Counted from the first letter of the stretch, positions 40,640 through 52,001 are shown. The stretch: 64,000 bases of DNA from an uncultured Lachnospiraceae bacterium (GCA_964455975.1 CAYVYP010000001.1:592-64591), one strand, 5' to 3'. Translations and numbers: made by a program. The notes: generated from the sequence alone by a model not told the origin.

Positions 40640-43600
40640 TTATAAAACCTTTTTCTTTATTATAACTATTCCAAATATTAGTATTACTGCTGATATTGAA
40701 ATTATTACATAATAAATTGGTTGTTCTCCTAATGGAGGTAATATTGATACCATTTCTGCATTATCACTATCTTGTTCTCTAGCTTTTTCTTCTGGATTTT
40801 GATTTCCTACTAAAGAATTGTATGTTACTGTTCCATTACTTGATGTTGTTTTTAATACTTCAATAATATTATCATATGATAAGTCTCCATTATCATTTTC
40901 TGTACTTATAGTTTTTGATAATATTAAATTAGTATTTGCCTTTTGTCCTGGTTCTAATTTAGTATTTAACTTTTCTGTTGTTATTATTGTATTAATATCT
41001 GCTAAATTAATGTTACTACTTATTAAATTTTCTTTGTTTTGTAAATTTTCTTTTGAAGAAATAGTCCAATTTTCATTATCATCTTGTCTATATATTATGC
41101 TGTTATCTACATAATCTGCTAGCATATTTACTTGAAGTGTAGCTTTAGAGTCATTTTTATTAACTATTCCTTTATAATAGAAACTGTTACTTAAATAATC
41201 AACTTCTCCAGTATTTTCTACTGTAATTTTATATGTTATTTCTATTCTTGCTCCATGCATTAACTCTTTATCCATTATAATATTTACAAATCCATTTTCA
41301 GTAGAAGTTGGTTTTGACCATTGAACATTTGACATTGATTCGTTTGTATCTATTTCAACCTTATCGTTTGCTAAATACACTTTAACTCTTTCAACATCTT
41401 TAGAAACCTTCATATTAGCTTCTGGTCTTTTTACTAATCCTAAGTTTATATTATTTAAAATATAATCTGTGTTTTGTCCATAACTTGTTGCGTTTCTATT
41501 ATATTCTAATTCTACATTTATAGTTCCTGTTTCAGCTCTCATCCAAGCTTTTTCTATTAATTCATTTATTAATGCTTCATCTGTACCATTATATGCATTT
41601 GCTACCATTGCTAAATGATTATTAACTGTTGCAAAATTATTTGTTACTTCTTTTCTTCTAGATAAAATATCTTTTGCATCTGAAATATTTGTTTTTGTGT
41701 CAGCTGCTGAAATGTCATATGTATATGTTCTTGTTTCATTTTGATCATTATATGTATTTAGACCTTCTTGATATATTGTTGACTTATATTTTAATCCGTT
41801 ATATTCAATATTTTCTTTTTTATTTCCATATAAAAATCTTACTGTATAATCACCTGGAATATAATTTTCAAATGAATAATATCCATTAACATTTGTTGAT
41901 GTTTCATTCCAAATACGTTCTGTTCCATCTTTTCTTAATTCTACTAATTGTACTGTTATGTCTGATACTTTTTTCTCTTTTTCTTCAATTATACCATTTC
42001 CTATATTTGCTCCTGCAACAGATAAATTTCTATCTTCTTCCCATGTTGTACCATTTACTTTTCTTGTAATAATATTTCCTTGTTCATCTCTATAAAATAT
42101 TATTTTTGTATTTGGTGCTTTATCTGTATCATCTTCAAATTTAGTTATATCACTTGATGTTATATTTCCTGGTTTTGAATTATCATCTATAACTCCTGCT
42201 ATTTCTCCATTTTGTTCATATGATTTATATCCATTTATTTCAACTATATTTTCTTTTCCTGTACCTATTTCGCCTTTTCCATTTTCATCTATTAAAACAG
42301 CTCCATTTTGGTCTTTGTTTACTCTAAATGTTATGTACATATATTCTTTTTCACCTGCTGATAATTTTGTATTTTCTACTCCTGTTAGATATATCTTATT
42401 ATATCCACTTATTGTATATTCAGAGTCTTGTCCATATTTACTTGAATTAGAGCTTTGAATATTTCCAGTTTTATCACCTGATGAATTTCCTACATAAGAC
42501 ATATCTTGTACAAATGTATAATCTTCATCATAATAATCTACAACTTCTGTAATTGCTGCTTTTTTTATTTGTGAACTATTTCTCATACTTATTTTATATG
42601 TAACATATACATTAAGCTTATCTTCTTCTGATACTTCTTTTCCATCATATATTCCATAATTATAGTCTGATTTATATATTGTTCTATCATATGAATTAGT
42701 GTAATATTGTTGATCTTGTAATCTAACTTCTACCTTCCAATAACTATCATCTATTAATTGTCTTCTATTATACTCATATGTATGAGTTTTTCCATTAATT
42801 ACTACTGTTGCTTTATATACGTCTTTTCTTATTGCTACATCAAAAATATCTCTTCTATCTAATCCTAAATTTACAAATCTTTGTCCATTATATAATGCTG
42901 TATATCCATCTATAGCTTCTGTACTTATGACAAATTTTGTTGGAATTGGATATAAATCTATTTTATCTTTTCCATTACTTCCTGTATATGCACCAATTTT
43001 TGCATCTTCTATATATTGTAATTTACTTTTTGTTTCATAATTATTACTTTGTTCTAATATTTTTGCATATATATCATTTTTTAAGTCTGGATATTTATTA
43101 TTTGCATTTATATATTGCTTTGTTTTTTCTAATATTGTTTGTTTTATTTTTGCAATTTCAGATTCTGTATATGCTATATTATATTCTAATCCATATCCTA
43201 AAGAATTTGAAGATTTATAATTTTTTGGTGTAGAACCAATTTCTGCAAATATATTATTAAAATTTGTTCTATTATTTGTTCCTTCTGTTGCTTTTGAATT
43301 AAGTGCCCAGGCATTAGAATTATACTCGTTTCCACCAACCATATATTGTACATTTTTATATGTTTGTCCATTATATATAAATTCTACATAATATTTTTTC
43401 ATTGGGTCTAATCCTTTAAACTCATATAAACCATTTGCGTTTGTAATTGTTGGATTTGTTCTTATTTCTACTTGTGTGCTACTTGGATTTTCATCTTTAT
43501 TTGAACAAATTGCTGCTAAATTTCCATTTTGCTCATATAATCTTATTTCTACGCCTTCTAGTGGAGCATCTACTGCATTAGCCCCTATATCTATTATTCC

Positions 43601-44785
43601 ATTTTTAATACTTTCTTTTCCACTTGGTTTATCTACAAATACTATACCAGTTAAAATCATTGTTAATGGCTTATATTGATTTATTTCTAAACTTGCTTCA
43701 CCAATTAATCTTTGACTAACAACTCCTGCTGTTGATACTATTTCTTTTACTATTGGTGTTATTAATTGTTGTGCATTATATGTTCCTACTTTTATGGCTT
43801 CATACCAATAATATGTATGTCTTTCTAATTCATATTTTTTTGTTATTGAATTCCATACTTGTGTAGAGGCATCTGATGATTTTAATTGCCACTCTAATAT
43901 GTTTCCTGAACCATCATATGTATCATATGTTCCTGTAGAATCTTGTATATATTTAAAGTCTACATGTAATTTTACGCCTTTTGCAGTTTGTGCATCTACA
44001 TTTTTAAATTTTATATAAAAATTTGCTCCTGATGAAGGATTATTTCCTGTTTTTGAATCTGCTATTATTTCAATATTTTCTATTTTATTTCCATTTTGAT
44101 CTATCAAATACATTTTATCTATCCAATCAAGATATACTTCTTGACCATTATATGCTGATGCAAAATGTTCATTTGGATATGAAATATTATATGGTCCTAC
44201 CATATATGTACCTTCTTGTGTATCAACTGCTACTTTTAATTTACTTTCATCTGTATTATTTGAAATTAAATTTGAATATCCACCACTTTTTTGAAGTTTA
44301 TTATAAAAATCTTGATATTGTAATCCTTGTTTATACATTCCAAGTATTGTTTGTCCTGATATTCCTTCATAATCTGCTCCTGGAACTATTGACATACCAT
44401 GGTTTAATTCACTTAACCAAATAACATATTGAATAAGTTTTTTATCATTTGATGCTTCACTTGTTAAAACATATGATAACCATTTAGGTAATTCATTTGT
44501 TCCTGTTTTAGTATATACAGTTGTTTCATTTATTTTTTCTGATGTTGGTGCTGCTCCAACATAATCTGTCCATCCTCCATATGTATTTGCTTGTTTAACA
44601 CTATTCATATGTATAGGAGTTCCCTTTTGTATACAATAAAAATCTTGTACTTGTCCATCTACTGTTTGCACAAAAGGTGTCCAGATATCTGGTACATCAA
44701 AAGATGTAGCAAAACAATTGCTACTTCCAAATATAATTCCTACTGCCATTAATATAAAAAGTAATAATATGAATTTCTTTTTCAT
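40640..44785 (-). CDS. Giant wall-anchored adhesin, paralogue of 18290..23581: putative thioester domain, CnaB-like domains and an LPPLGE sorting signal.
   Basis: Signal peptide; YCIQKGT (candidate thioester Cys) and …LIQYVIWL (TQxAIW-like). CnaB segments (GVEIRLYEQNGNLAAI…; VQLVELRKDGTERIWNETSTNVNGYYSFENYIPGDYTVRF). C-terminus VSILPPLGEQPIYYVIISISAVILIFGIVIIKKKVL. Confidence 0.7.
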   Translation of the reverse strand: MKKKFILLLFILMAVGIIFGSSNCFATSFDVPDIWTPFVQTVDGQVQDFYCIQKGTPIHMNSVKQANTYGGWTDYVGAAPTSEKINETTVYTKTGTNELPKWLSYVLTSEASNDKKLIQYVIWLSELNHGMSIVPGADYEGISGQTILGMYKQGLQYQDFYNKLQKSGGYSNLISNNTDESKLKVAVDTQEGTYMVGPYNISYPNEHFASAYNGQEVYLDWIDKMYLIDQNGNKIENIEIIADSKTGNNPSSGANFYIKFKNVDAQTAKGVKLHVDFKYIQDSTGTYDTYDGSGNILEWQLKSSDASTQVWNSITKKYELERHTYYWYEAIKVGTYNAQQLITPIVKEIVSTAGVVSQRLIGEASLEINQYKPLTMILTGIVFVDKPSGKESIKNGIIDIGANAVDAPLEGVEIRLYEQNGNLAAICSNKDENPSSTQVEIRTNPTITNANGLYEFKGLDPMKKYYVEFIYNGQTYKNVQYMVGGNEYNSNAWALNSKATEGTNNRTNFNNIFAEIGSTPKNYKSSNSLGYGLEYNIAYTESEIAKIKQTILEKTKQYINANNKYPDLKNDIYAKILEQSNNYETKSKLQYIEDAKIGAYTGSNGKDKIDLYPIPTKFVISTEAIDGYTALYNGQRFVNLGLDRRDIFDVAIRKDVYKATVVINGKTHTYEYNRRQLIDDSYWKVEVRLQDQQYYTNSYDRTIYKSDYNYGIYDGKEVSEEDKLNVYVTYKISMRNSSQIKKAAITEVVDYYDEDYTFVQDMSYVGNSSGDKTGNIQSSNSSKYGQDSEYTISGYNKIYLTGVENTKLSAGEKEYMYITFRVNKDQNGAVLIDENGKGEIGTGKENIVEINGYKSYEQNGEIAGVIDDNSKPGNITSSDITKFEDDTDKAPNTKIIFYRDEQGNIITRKVNGTTWEEDRNLSVAGANIGNGIIEEKEKKVSDITVQLVELRKDGTERIWNETSTNVNGYYSFENYIPGDYTVRFLYGNKKENIEYNGLKYKSTIYQEGLNTYNDQNETRTYTYDISAADTKTNISDAKDILSRRKEVTNNFATVNNHLAMVANAYNGTDEALINELIEKAWMRAETGTINVELEYNRNATSYGQNTDYILNNINLGLVKRPEANMKVSKDVERVKVYLANDKVEIDTNESMSNVQWSKPTSTENGFVNIIMDKELMHGARIEITYKITVENTGEVDYLSNSFYYKGIVNKNDSKATLQVNMLADYVDNSIIYRQDDNENWTISSKENLQNKENLISSNINLADINTIITTEKLNTKLEPGQKANTNLILSKTISTENDNGDLSYDNIIEVLKTTSSNGTVTYNSLVGNQNPEEKAREQDSDNAEMVSILPPLGEQPIYYVIISISAVILIFGIVIIKKKVL

Positions 44786-45017
44786 AATATTTTTCCTCCA
44801 AAATTTATTTATTTTATTAGGTATTTTGCATTATTTATATGTATTTATAATTTAACACTCATATAGTATACACTATTTTCCGTAAGATTACAACCATTTC
44901 TTGGTAATTTTGGTAATTTTTTATGTAAATTTGTAATATTTTTGTAACATTTGATTTTATACAGCATATTATATAGTAGTTTATTTTTAAATAAAATTTA
45001 TTTATAAGGAGGTTCAT

Positions 45018-45174
45018 CTTGAGCAATAATAATGATATGTCTAGTCTTTTAGGAATGCTTGCAAAAATGGATAAGAAACAGATAGAGGAAGGATTAGCTA
45101 AAGCTAATCAGATATTAAATTCTAATGATAAAGATAAAATTTTAGATGAAATTAAAAAGATTCAAAACAAATAG
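45018..45174 (+). CDS. Small hypothetical protein of about 50 aa.
   Basis: AAGGAGG RBS just upstream. ORF …MSSLLGMLAKMDKKQIEEGLAKANQILNSNDKDKILDEIKKIQNK*. Confidence 0.3.
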
Positions 45175-45184
45175 GAGGTTACAT

Positions 45185-45599
45185 ATGGAAAAAGAAGATA
45201 TGTCTGATTTTGCAAAAAATTTAAGTGATATTCTACGGAAATAAGGATTCTTTAAATAATCTTAAGGAGATTTTTAATAATTTTACCTCTAATTCTGAAA
45301 ATCAAAATAATAATAAACAAGAAAATGATATATCTTCTGAAAATACCTCTTCAAAAGATAATTCTTCTAATGAGAATTCTAGTTTTCCAGATATAGATAT
45401 TGGTACAATTTTAAAAATGAAAACAATTTTTGATAAAATGAATAGTTCAAAAGATGATCCAAGATCTAATTTATTATTATCTTTAAAACCATATCTAAAA
45501 GAAAGTAGAAAAAATAAATTAGATCAATATGTTAAATTACTTAATATGGAAAAAGTAATAAAAGTTATTAATCCTTTAGGTGGTGGAAAAACATTATGA
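45185..45599 (+). CDS. Hypothetical Asn/Ser-rich protein of about 138 aa; an in-frame CGG at 45236-45238 splits it into a 17-aa ORF plus the listed 124-aa ORF.
   Basis: GGAGG RBS before the ATG at 45185. Dropping the C of the CGG gives MEKEDMSDFAKNLSDILGNKDSLNNLKEIFNNF…VINPLGGGKTL*. Confidence 0.45.
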
Positions 45600-45922
45600 T
45601 GTTTAATTACCCTTATTTTGGTTTTCCTAATTATAGAAAATATTATAATTATAATCCAAATTTTTATAAGAACTCTTTTAATAGTTCTAATACTCATACA
45701 AAAAATTTTAAAAATTTGCAAAAAGATTCTAATACTACAGCTTCTAAAAAATTAGATAATGATGAAAATAATAAAAATAAAGAACAAGCCATGTTTGACT
45801 TGTTCGGTTTAAAATTATATTTTGATGATATTTTAATAATTGCACTTCTATTTTTTCTATATAATGAAGGTGTTAAAGATTATGGACTTTTTATTTGTTT
45901 AATTATGCTATTATTAAGTTAA
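45596..45922 (+). CDS. Hypothetical small protein with a Tyr-rich N-terminus and a C-terminal TM segment.
   Basis: ATGA overlap with the upstream gene. NYPYFGFPNYRKYYNYNPNFY followed by a hydrophobic C-terminus. Confidence 0.4.
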   Translation: MMFNYPYFGFPNYRKYYNYNPNFYKNSFNSSNTHTKNFKNLQKDSNTTASKKLDNDENNKNKEQAMFDLFGLKLYFDDILIIALLFFLYNEGVKDYGLFICLIMLLLS

Positions 45923-45924
45923 AT

Positions 45925-46545
45925 TTATTCAAAAATCATCTCATCTTGTTCATTTAAATATGCATATGTAGGAATAATTTTTATTTCGTCATTTTCTACT
46001 TTTTCTATCTCTTTTACTATTTTTGAAATTCTAATTTGAGGAACATCTATTCCTTCTGCTGCTATTATTGCCTGTTTATTTCCTTTAGCTCCTGCATGTG
46101 CTAATCCTCTTAAATTTCCAAGTACTATAATATTTTCTCCTGCTACAACTTCTGAACCTCCATTTACGTCTCCTATAACAACAATACTTCCTTCAAACTC
46201 AATTCTTTGTCCTGATCTTAAAGAACCCTTATGAAACATGGTTTCAGAAGTTTCTATATATTTATTAAAAGTCTTTTTTATTCCATGCAATCCTAAAACT
46301 TTTGGACTATCAAATTCAATTTTTACATCAATTGCAGATTTAATAACTTTTTGTATTTCTTCTATTTCTTTATTTTTTAATACTTTTCCCGTTATAAATA
46401 TTGGAGTTTTTTCTTCTTTATATAATTTTTTTAATTCTTCTATTTTTTTCTTTAAACATACAATTATTTCTTTTTGTTCTGCATCTTCTGCTATTTTTAT
46501 TAATATTTCATTTTTTTTAAGAGTTATATTTATACAATTACTCAT
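45925..46545 (-). CDS. minC: Septum site-determining protein MinC.
   Basis: C-terminal beta-helix motif LRSGQRIEFEGSIVVIGDVNGGSEVVAGENIIVLGNLRGLAHAGAKGNKQAII. Lies downstream of mrdA in the mre cluster. No minD/minE follows. Confidence 0.85.
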   Translation of the reverse strand: MSNCINITLKKNEILIKIAEDAEQKEIIVCLKKKIEELKKLYKEEKTPIFITGKVLKNKEIEEIQKVIKSAIDVKIEFDSPKVLGLHGIKKTFNKYIETSETMFHKGSLRSGQRIEFEGSIVVIGDVNGGSEVVAGENIIVLGNLRGLAHAGAKGNKQAIIAAEGIDVPQIRISKIVKEIEKVENDEIKIIPTYAYLNEQDEMIFE

Positions 46546-46577
46546 ATTTTATCATCCTTTCAAAATTCACATAATTA

Positions 46578-48674
46578 TTAATTTTGTACTTCTGTTGTTG
46601 GAATTACTGATGTATCTTCATCTACTCCATTTGAGTTCATTCCAAAATATTCTGCTACAATGTCTCTTACAACTTCTGCTGTATAATATCCATGTACACC
46701 ATTTTCTACAAATACTACAACTGCTATTTCTGGATTATTAAATGGAGCAAATCCAGCAAACCAAGCATTAACTTTTGTTCCAGCTTCTGTTGAACCTGTC
46801 TTACCACCAACTTCTATATTGAAATTTTTAAATATAGAATATGCAGTTCCTCCAGTCTCTGTTGTAACAGACTTCATACCCTCTAATATTGCATCTAGAT
46901 TTTCTTTCTTTATATTTAAATCTTTTGATGTACTACCAGAATCGCCTAATTTTTCTCTAACAAATTTTTGTATTTCATCTTTTGAAACTTCATTTCCATT
47001 CGCATCTATAATATTTTTTACAACAGATACGTCTATATTTTTTCCTCCATTTGCAAGCATACTAATATATTTAGTCATTTGAAGAACTGAAAAGCTATTA
47101 TCATGTTGCCCAATTGCTGCTGATAAAGTATTTCCTTCCTCCCATCTTTGACCATCTATTTTTTGTGACAACGTTCCAGTAGTTTCTCCTAAAAGCTCTA
47201 CTCCAGTTTTACTTCCTAGCCCATATGATTTTGCATATTCTGACAATTTATCTATTCCTAGTCTATATCCCATTTCATAAAAATAATAATTACATGAATG
47301 TTTTATTGCATCTGAAACATTTACATATCCATGACCTCTATGTGCACTATTATATATCCAACATTTCCATGTTCCATCCCATTTTTTATATATTCCAGTA
47401 TCATTAATTTTTTCTTTTATTGTTGTTGTTCCCGTTTCTAGTGCTGCTGTTGCAGTTACCATTTTAAATATAGAACCTGGTGAATATGAATCTTGTATTG
47501 CTTTATTCCTCATTGGTTTTAATATATCATCATTATATATTTTCCAATTTTCATTACTTAATCCTCCAACATAATCTTGAGGATTAAAATCTGGATAACT
47601 TGCCATAGCAATTATTTCGCCTGTTTTAACATTCATTACACAAACAGCTCCTGCTTTTGCATCTATTTTACTTCCAAATCCACCATTTACTATTTTTTGT
47701 ATATTATTTTTTAATGCTTTTTCTGCTACTGTTTGCATATTTGAATCTATTGTTAAAACTACTGTATTTCCTGCTACTGCTTCTTGTGTTATATATTCAT
47801 CTGTAATTGTACCATCTACAGACATATCAATTTGCTTTACTCCATTTTTGCCTTTTAAATATTCTTCAAATACATATTCTATTCCTGTTTTTCCTATATT
47901 ATCATTACTACTATATGTATCTTTCCTTGTTTGATATTCTTCATTATCTATTTTTCCAATATGTCCTAATATATGAGAAGCTAAACTTCCTCTTAAATAG
48001 TTTCTTATTGGCTCTTGAACAATACTAACTCCTGGAAATTTATCATTTTGTTCATTAAATTGGTTTGTACTCACAGCTCCTATATTTTCTGCAAGTTTTA
48101 CTGTTTTTGTACTACTATAGCCTTTAGAAGATATTTCATATCTTAATGTCATTATTTTTCTAGCATCTATATTATTACTTTCTTCTATTTTATATTTTTC
48201 TTTTAATTTTTCAAAAGTTTCTGTTGCAGATAAAGTTTCATCTATTCCTACATTTTTTTTAAATATTTTTTGGCTATCTTCATTTTCATTTGTAAATCTT
48301 ATTGGTTCTACTTGTAATGGAAGAGAATCTAAATATGTATCTCCATTTTGTTCTAATGTATTTGCTATTAAAAGTAGTGTAGAATTAAGAGTTTGATTAT
48401 CTATTTTTGTTTTATACATTTCTAAACTAAACCCTGTCTTTGTAGTAGCTAATTTATTTCCTGATGAATCTGTTATATTTCCCCTTGCCGCTTCTAGAAC
48501 AGATTCTCTTGTAAGCCTTGTATTAGATTTTTCTCTATATTCTTCACCATTTACTATTTGCAAATTAAATAAACCACATAATAAAACAATTCCAATTACA
48601 TACACAAATACTGTTAAAATATTATATCTAAATTTAATTTTTGATGACTCATTACCAGAATTAATTTTATTCAC
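46578..48674 (-). CDS. mrdA: Penicillin-binding protein 2 (elongasome transpeptidase).
   Basis: TM anchor, PBP dimer domain, transpeptidase motifs (SIFK, KTGS). Position after mreD. Confidence 0.85.
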   Translation of the reverse strand: MNKINSGNESSKIKFRYNILTVFVYVIGIVLLCGLFNLQIVNGEEYREKSNTRLTRESVLEAARGNITDSSGNKLATTKTGFSLEMYKTKIDNQTLNSTLLLIANTLEQNGDTYLDSLPLQVEPIRFTNENEDSQKIFKKNVGIDETLSATETFEKLKEKYKIEESNNIDARKIMTLRYEISSKGYSSTKTVKLAENIGAVSTNQFNEQNDKFPGVSIVQEPIRNYLRGSLASHILGHIGKIDNEEYQTRKDTYSSNDNIGKTGIEYVFEEYLKGKNGVKQIDMSVDGTITDEYITQEAVAGNTVVLTIDSNMQTVAEKALKNNIQKIVNGGFGSKIDAKAGAVCVMNVKTGEIIAMASYPDFNPQDYVGGLSNENWKIYNDDILKPMRNKAIQDSYSPGSIFKMVTATAALETGTTTIKEKINDTGIYKKWDGTWKCWIYNSAHRGHGYVNVSDAIKHSCNYYFYEMGYRLGIDKLSEYAKSYGLGSKTGVELLGETTGTLSQKIDGQRWEEGNTLSAAIGQHDNSFSVLQMTKYISMLANGGKNIDVSVVKNIIDANGNEVSKDEIQKFVREKLGDSGSTSKDLNIKKENLDAILEGMKSVTTETGGTAYSIFKNFNIEVGGKTGSTEAGTKVNAWFAGFAPFNNPEIAVVVFVENGVHGYYTAEVVRDIVAEYFGMNSNGVDEDTSVIPTTEVQN

Positions 48675-48722
48675 CTTCTTTTTATAGTTTATTTATAAAT
48701 ATTGTTTGTACACAAAATTTTA

Positions 48723-49256
48723 TTAAAAATATCTTGTAAGGATTTTATTTCCTTTAAATTCATCTTCTATATAATATCCTGCTTTTTGTATTATTGGATA
48801 TAATATAATTGTTATAATTGTATTATATAATATTTCTATAGATAAAATCTTTAAGAAATTTACAATTTCAAAAGCTGCATTTTGCATGAATACTCTTAAG
48901 ACGTATGAACCAATTTCAAATATTGCAGTACCTCCAATAACCATTAACATTATTGTAATTCTACTTTCTTTTGAAAAGTTTTTATCTAAAACTCCTCCAG
49001 AAAATCCAATTATTCCTAATAATATTGCCGTTATTCCTACATTTTTATTTAAAATAATATCTAAATACAATCCAAAAATTATTCCACTTGCTAACCCTAA
49101 TTTATTTCCTGCAAAAAGTCCTATAAATAACACTAAAATAACAAATAAATTAGGCTTTATTCCTGCAATTGTGAACCAACTAAAAAAATTAGCTTGTATA
49201 AAATATGTTATTAAAAATATTAAAATTAATCCTCCTATTATACATGCCTTTTTCAA
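48723..49256 (-). CDS. mreD: Rod shape-determining protein MreD.
   Basis: Small polytopic membrane protein immediately downstream of mreC. Confidence 0.75.
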   Translation of the reverse strand: MKKACIIGGLILIFLITYFIQANFFSWFTIAGIKPNLFVILVLFIGLFAGNKLGLASGIIFGLYLDIILNKNVGITAILLGIIGFSGGVLDKNFSKESRITIMLMVIGGTAIFEIGSYVLRVFMQNAAFEIVNFLKILSIEILYNTIITIILYPIIQKAGYYIEDEFKGNKILTRYF

Positions 49257-49346
49257 GTTTGTTCTCCTTTACTTTTAATTCTTAATTTCATCATTTATAT
49301 CATTTAAGAGGGCTGATACGAATCAACTGGGGGTTCTCCTTTATAT

Positions 49347-50166
49347 TTAATTAGTTATTACTAAAACTGTTTCTAGTTTAGTAAAATCAACTGCTGTTTC
49401 TATAACAGCATATCTATCTATAATGTTTTTTGTATTTATAACTTGTTTTATATTTCCTATTAATATTCCTTTTGGATATATTCCGCCTATTCCGCGAAGT
49501 TTCTATCATTTCGCCTTGAACTACGTTGCTATCTGCTGCAATATATGTTGCTTTTAATGTATTATTGCTATCTTGTGTTCCTCTAACTATTATTCCATCT
49601 CTAGAGCTACTTATAATACTACTTACAATACTTGAAGTGTCTACTATTGTTTGAACTTTTGCTGTGTTTTCAGTAACTGATATAATATGTCCAACTAATC
49701 CAGCATCTGCTATTACTGTCATTCCCTCTTTTATGCCCTCTTTTGTACCTACATTTATAATTATATTTTCACTATAATTACTAATATCTTTATTAATTAT
49801 ATATGCTGGTACTGCTTTATAATCTGTATATTTTTCTTTTAAATTTACTAATTCTTTTAATGTATAGTTTTCTGCTTTTATTATTTCTAGTTCTCTTAAT
49901 TTTTTTTCTAATTCACTATTAGCATTTTTTAATTCTTGATTTTCTTCTTTTAAGTTAGCTATATCTGTAAAAAATGCATCATTACCTGAAAATTTATTTT
50001 TTAGATATGTAAGCCCATTTTGAATTGGCATAACTAAAGAGCTAAAAGCATTTTCTAAATATGAAAGCTTACCTGTATCTAAGTTTGATAAAAAAACTAA
50101 TAAAATTAGTATTATTATTGTTATTATTATTCCTAAAATACCGGTTTTTTTATTATTTCTATGCAT
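49347..50166 (-). CDS. mreC: Rod shape-determining protein MreC; the C-terminus is restored only if the C of the in-frame CGG at 49492-49494 is dropped.
   Basis: TM anchor, coiled coil, beta-barrel domains. The listed ORF ends in a nonsense basic tail. The shifted frame gives the conserved …TSGIGGIYPKGILIGNIKQVINTKNIIDRYAVIETAVDFTKLETVLVITN*. Confidence 0.85.
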
Positions 50167-50182
50167 TCTTTACTTTCCTTTC

Positions 50183-51232
50183 CTATTTTCTTTTTCTGGC
50201 ATTTATTAATACTGTTTTTAATCTTTCTAGGTCTTCTAAAGTTTTGCCTGTTCCTTTAACAACACAATCTAATGGTTCTTCTGCTATATATACTGGCATT
50301 CCTGTTTTTTGACTAACTAATTTATCTAAATTTTGAATTAATGCTCCTCCACCTGCTAATATTATTCCCTTTTCCATTATATCTGATGCGAGTTCTGGTG
50401 GTGTTTTTTCTAAAGTTTGTTTTATAGCCTCTACTATTTCTGAAATTGAATACATCATTGCTTCTTCAATTTGAGCTGATGTTATATCTACATTTCTAGG
50501 AAGTCCTGTATTTAAATCTCTTCCTCTTACATTAATTGTTTGTTCTGTCATAAGTGGCATTGCACATCCAACTTTAAGTTTTATCTCCTCTGCTGTTGTT
50601 TCTCCTATTGCTAAATTCATTTCTCTTTTTATATAATTAACAACATCTTCATCTAATTCATCTCCTGCGACCCTAACTGAATTACTTACAACAATTCCTC
50701 CAAGAGAAATAACTGCAACTTCTGTTGTTCCTCCACCTATATCAACTATTATACTTCCACTAGGCTCTGAAACATCTAAATTAGCTCCAATAGCTGCTGC
50801 CATAGGTTCTTCTATTAAATATACTTCTTTTGCACCTGCTTGAAGTACAGATTCTTCTACTGCTCTTTCTTCTACCTCTGTTATTCCAGAAGGTACTCCT
50901 ACAACAACTCTTGGTCTACCTAAATTATACCTTTGACATACTTTTGTAATAATATTTTTTAACATAAGTTGTGTGGCTGTAAAATCTGCAATAACTCCAT
51001 CTTTTAATGGTCTTACTGCTTTTATTTGGTCAGGTGTTCTTCCAAGCATTTCTTTTGCTTCGTGTCCTGTTGCTAATATATTCCCACTTTTTCTATCAAT
51101 TGCAACAACAGATGGCTCTTTTAATATTATTCCCTTTCCCTTTAATGTTACTAAAATATTTGCTGTTCCTAAATCAATTCCTATATCTCTTGATCCCATT
51201 CCAAAAAGTTTCATTTTTACAAATCCTTTCAT
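50183..51232 (-). CDS. mreB: Rod shape-determining actin-like protein MreB.
   Basis: GIDLGTANILV…; full-length actin/Hsp70 fold. Confidence 0.9.
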   Translation of the reverse strand: MKGFVKMKLFGMGSRDIGIDLGTANILVTLKGKGIILKEPSVVAIDRKSGNILATGHEAKEMLGRTPDQIKAVRPLKDGVIADFTATQLMLKNIITKVCQRYNLGRPRVVVGVPSGITEVEERAVEESVLQAGAKEVYLIEEPMAAAIGANLDVSEPSGSIIVDIGGGTTEVAVISLGGIVVSNSVRVAGDELDEDVVNYIKREMNLAIGETTAEEIKLKVGCAMPLMTEQTINVRGRDLNTGLPRNVDITSAQIEEAMMYSISEIVEAIKQTLEKTPPELASDIMEKGIILAGGGALIQNLDKLVSQKTGMPVYIAEEPLDCVVKGTGKTLEDLERLKTVLINARKRK

Positions 51233-51248
51233 TTTCTATTTTTAAATT

Positions 51249-51957
51249 TTACACTTTTTGCTTTTGTAACTTTTTATAAAATACACTTTGATATCTTCCG
51301 TCTCCTATAACAATATGATCAATAAGCTGTATTCCCATAATATCTGCCGCCTCATAAATTCTATCTGTTACTTGAAAGTCTCCGTGAACTTGGCGTAGGG
51401 TCTCCACTTGGATGATTATGAACTAAAATAATTTTAGGGGCTCCCATTTTTATAGCTTCTTGTAACACATCTTTCGGTGCTATAATCGCAAAATTGGCTC
51501 CCCCTAAACTAATATCTAATATTTTCATTATTTCATTTTTATTATTTAAAATAATTACTTTAGCATATTCTCTTTTTTCATATCTTAATTCTTCCATAAA
51601 TAAGTTTGCGGTATCTTCTGAAGTGGAAATTTTAATTTTAAGAGAATTAATAGGTCTTGCCATTCTTTTTGCTAATTCACATATTGCTTTTAGTTCTATT
51701 GCTTTTACTCTTCCTATCCCTTTTATAGACATAAATTCTTCTATAGAAATGTCTTGCATAAATCTTAAACTTTCATTTTTTGAATTTTTGTTTAAATTTA
51801 ATATGTTTTTTGCTAAGTCTATTGAGGTTTCCTCTTTTGTTCCACTTTTTATTATAATTGCTAGTAATTCTGAATTTGATAATGATTTTTCTCCATACAT
51901 TTCTAATTTTTCATATGGTCTTTCTGATAAAGGTAAATCTTTTATTTTTAACGCCAT
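51249..51957 (-). CDS. radC: RadC-like JAB-domain protein (UPF0758); the C-terminus is restored by dropping the C of the CGG at 51382-51384.
   Basis: HhH N-terminus, JAMM motif HNHPSGDPTPS. The shifted frame continues …SGDFQVTDRIYEAADIMGIQLIDHIVIGDGRYQSVFYKKLQKQKV*. Confidence 0.8.
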
Positions 51958-52001
51958 TTACATATTCCTTTCTATAATTTACCCCTATAACTTTATTTTA
52001 A

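Noticed and set aside
44895-44915. Short tandem ggtaatttt x2 upstream of the 1381-aa adhesin gene.
   Set aside because: Too short and AT-rich to separate from chance in this composition; possibly part of the promoter but unsupported.
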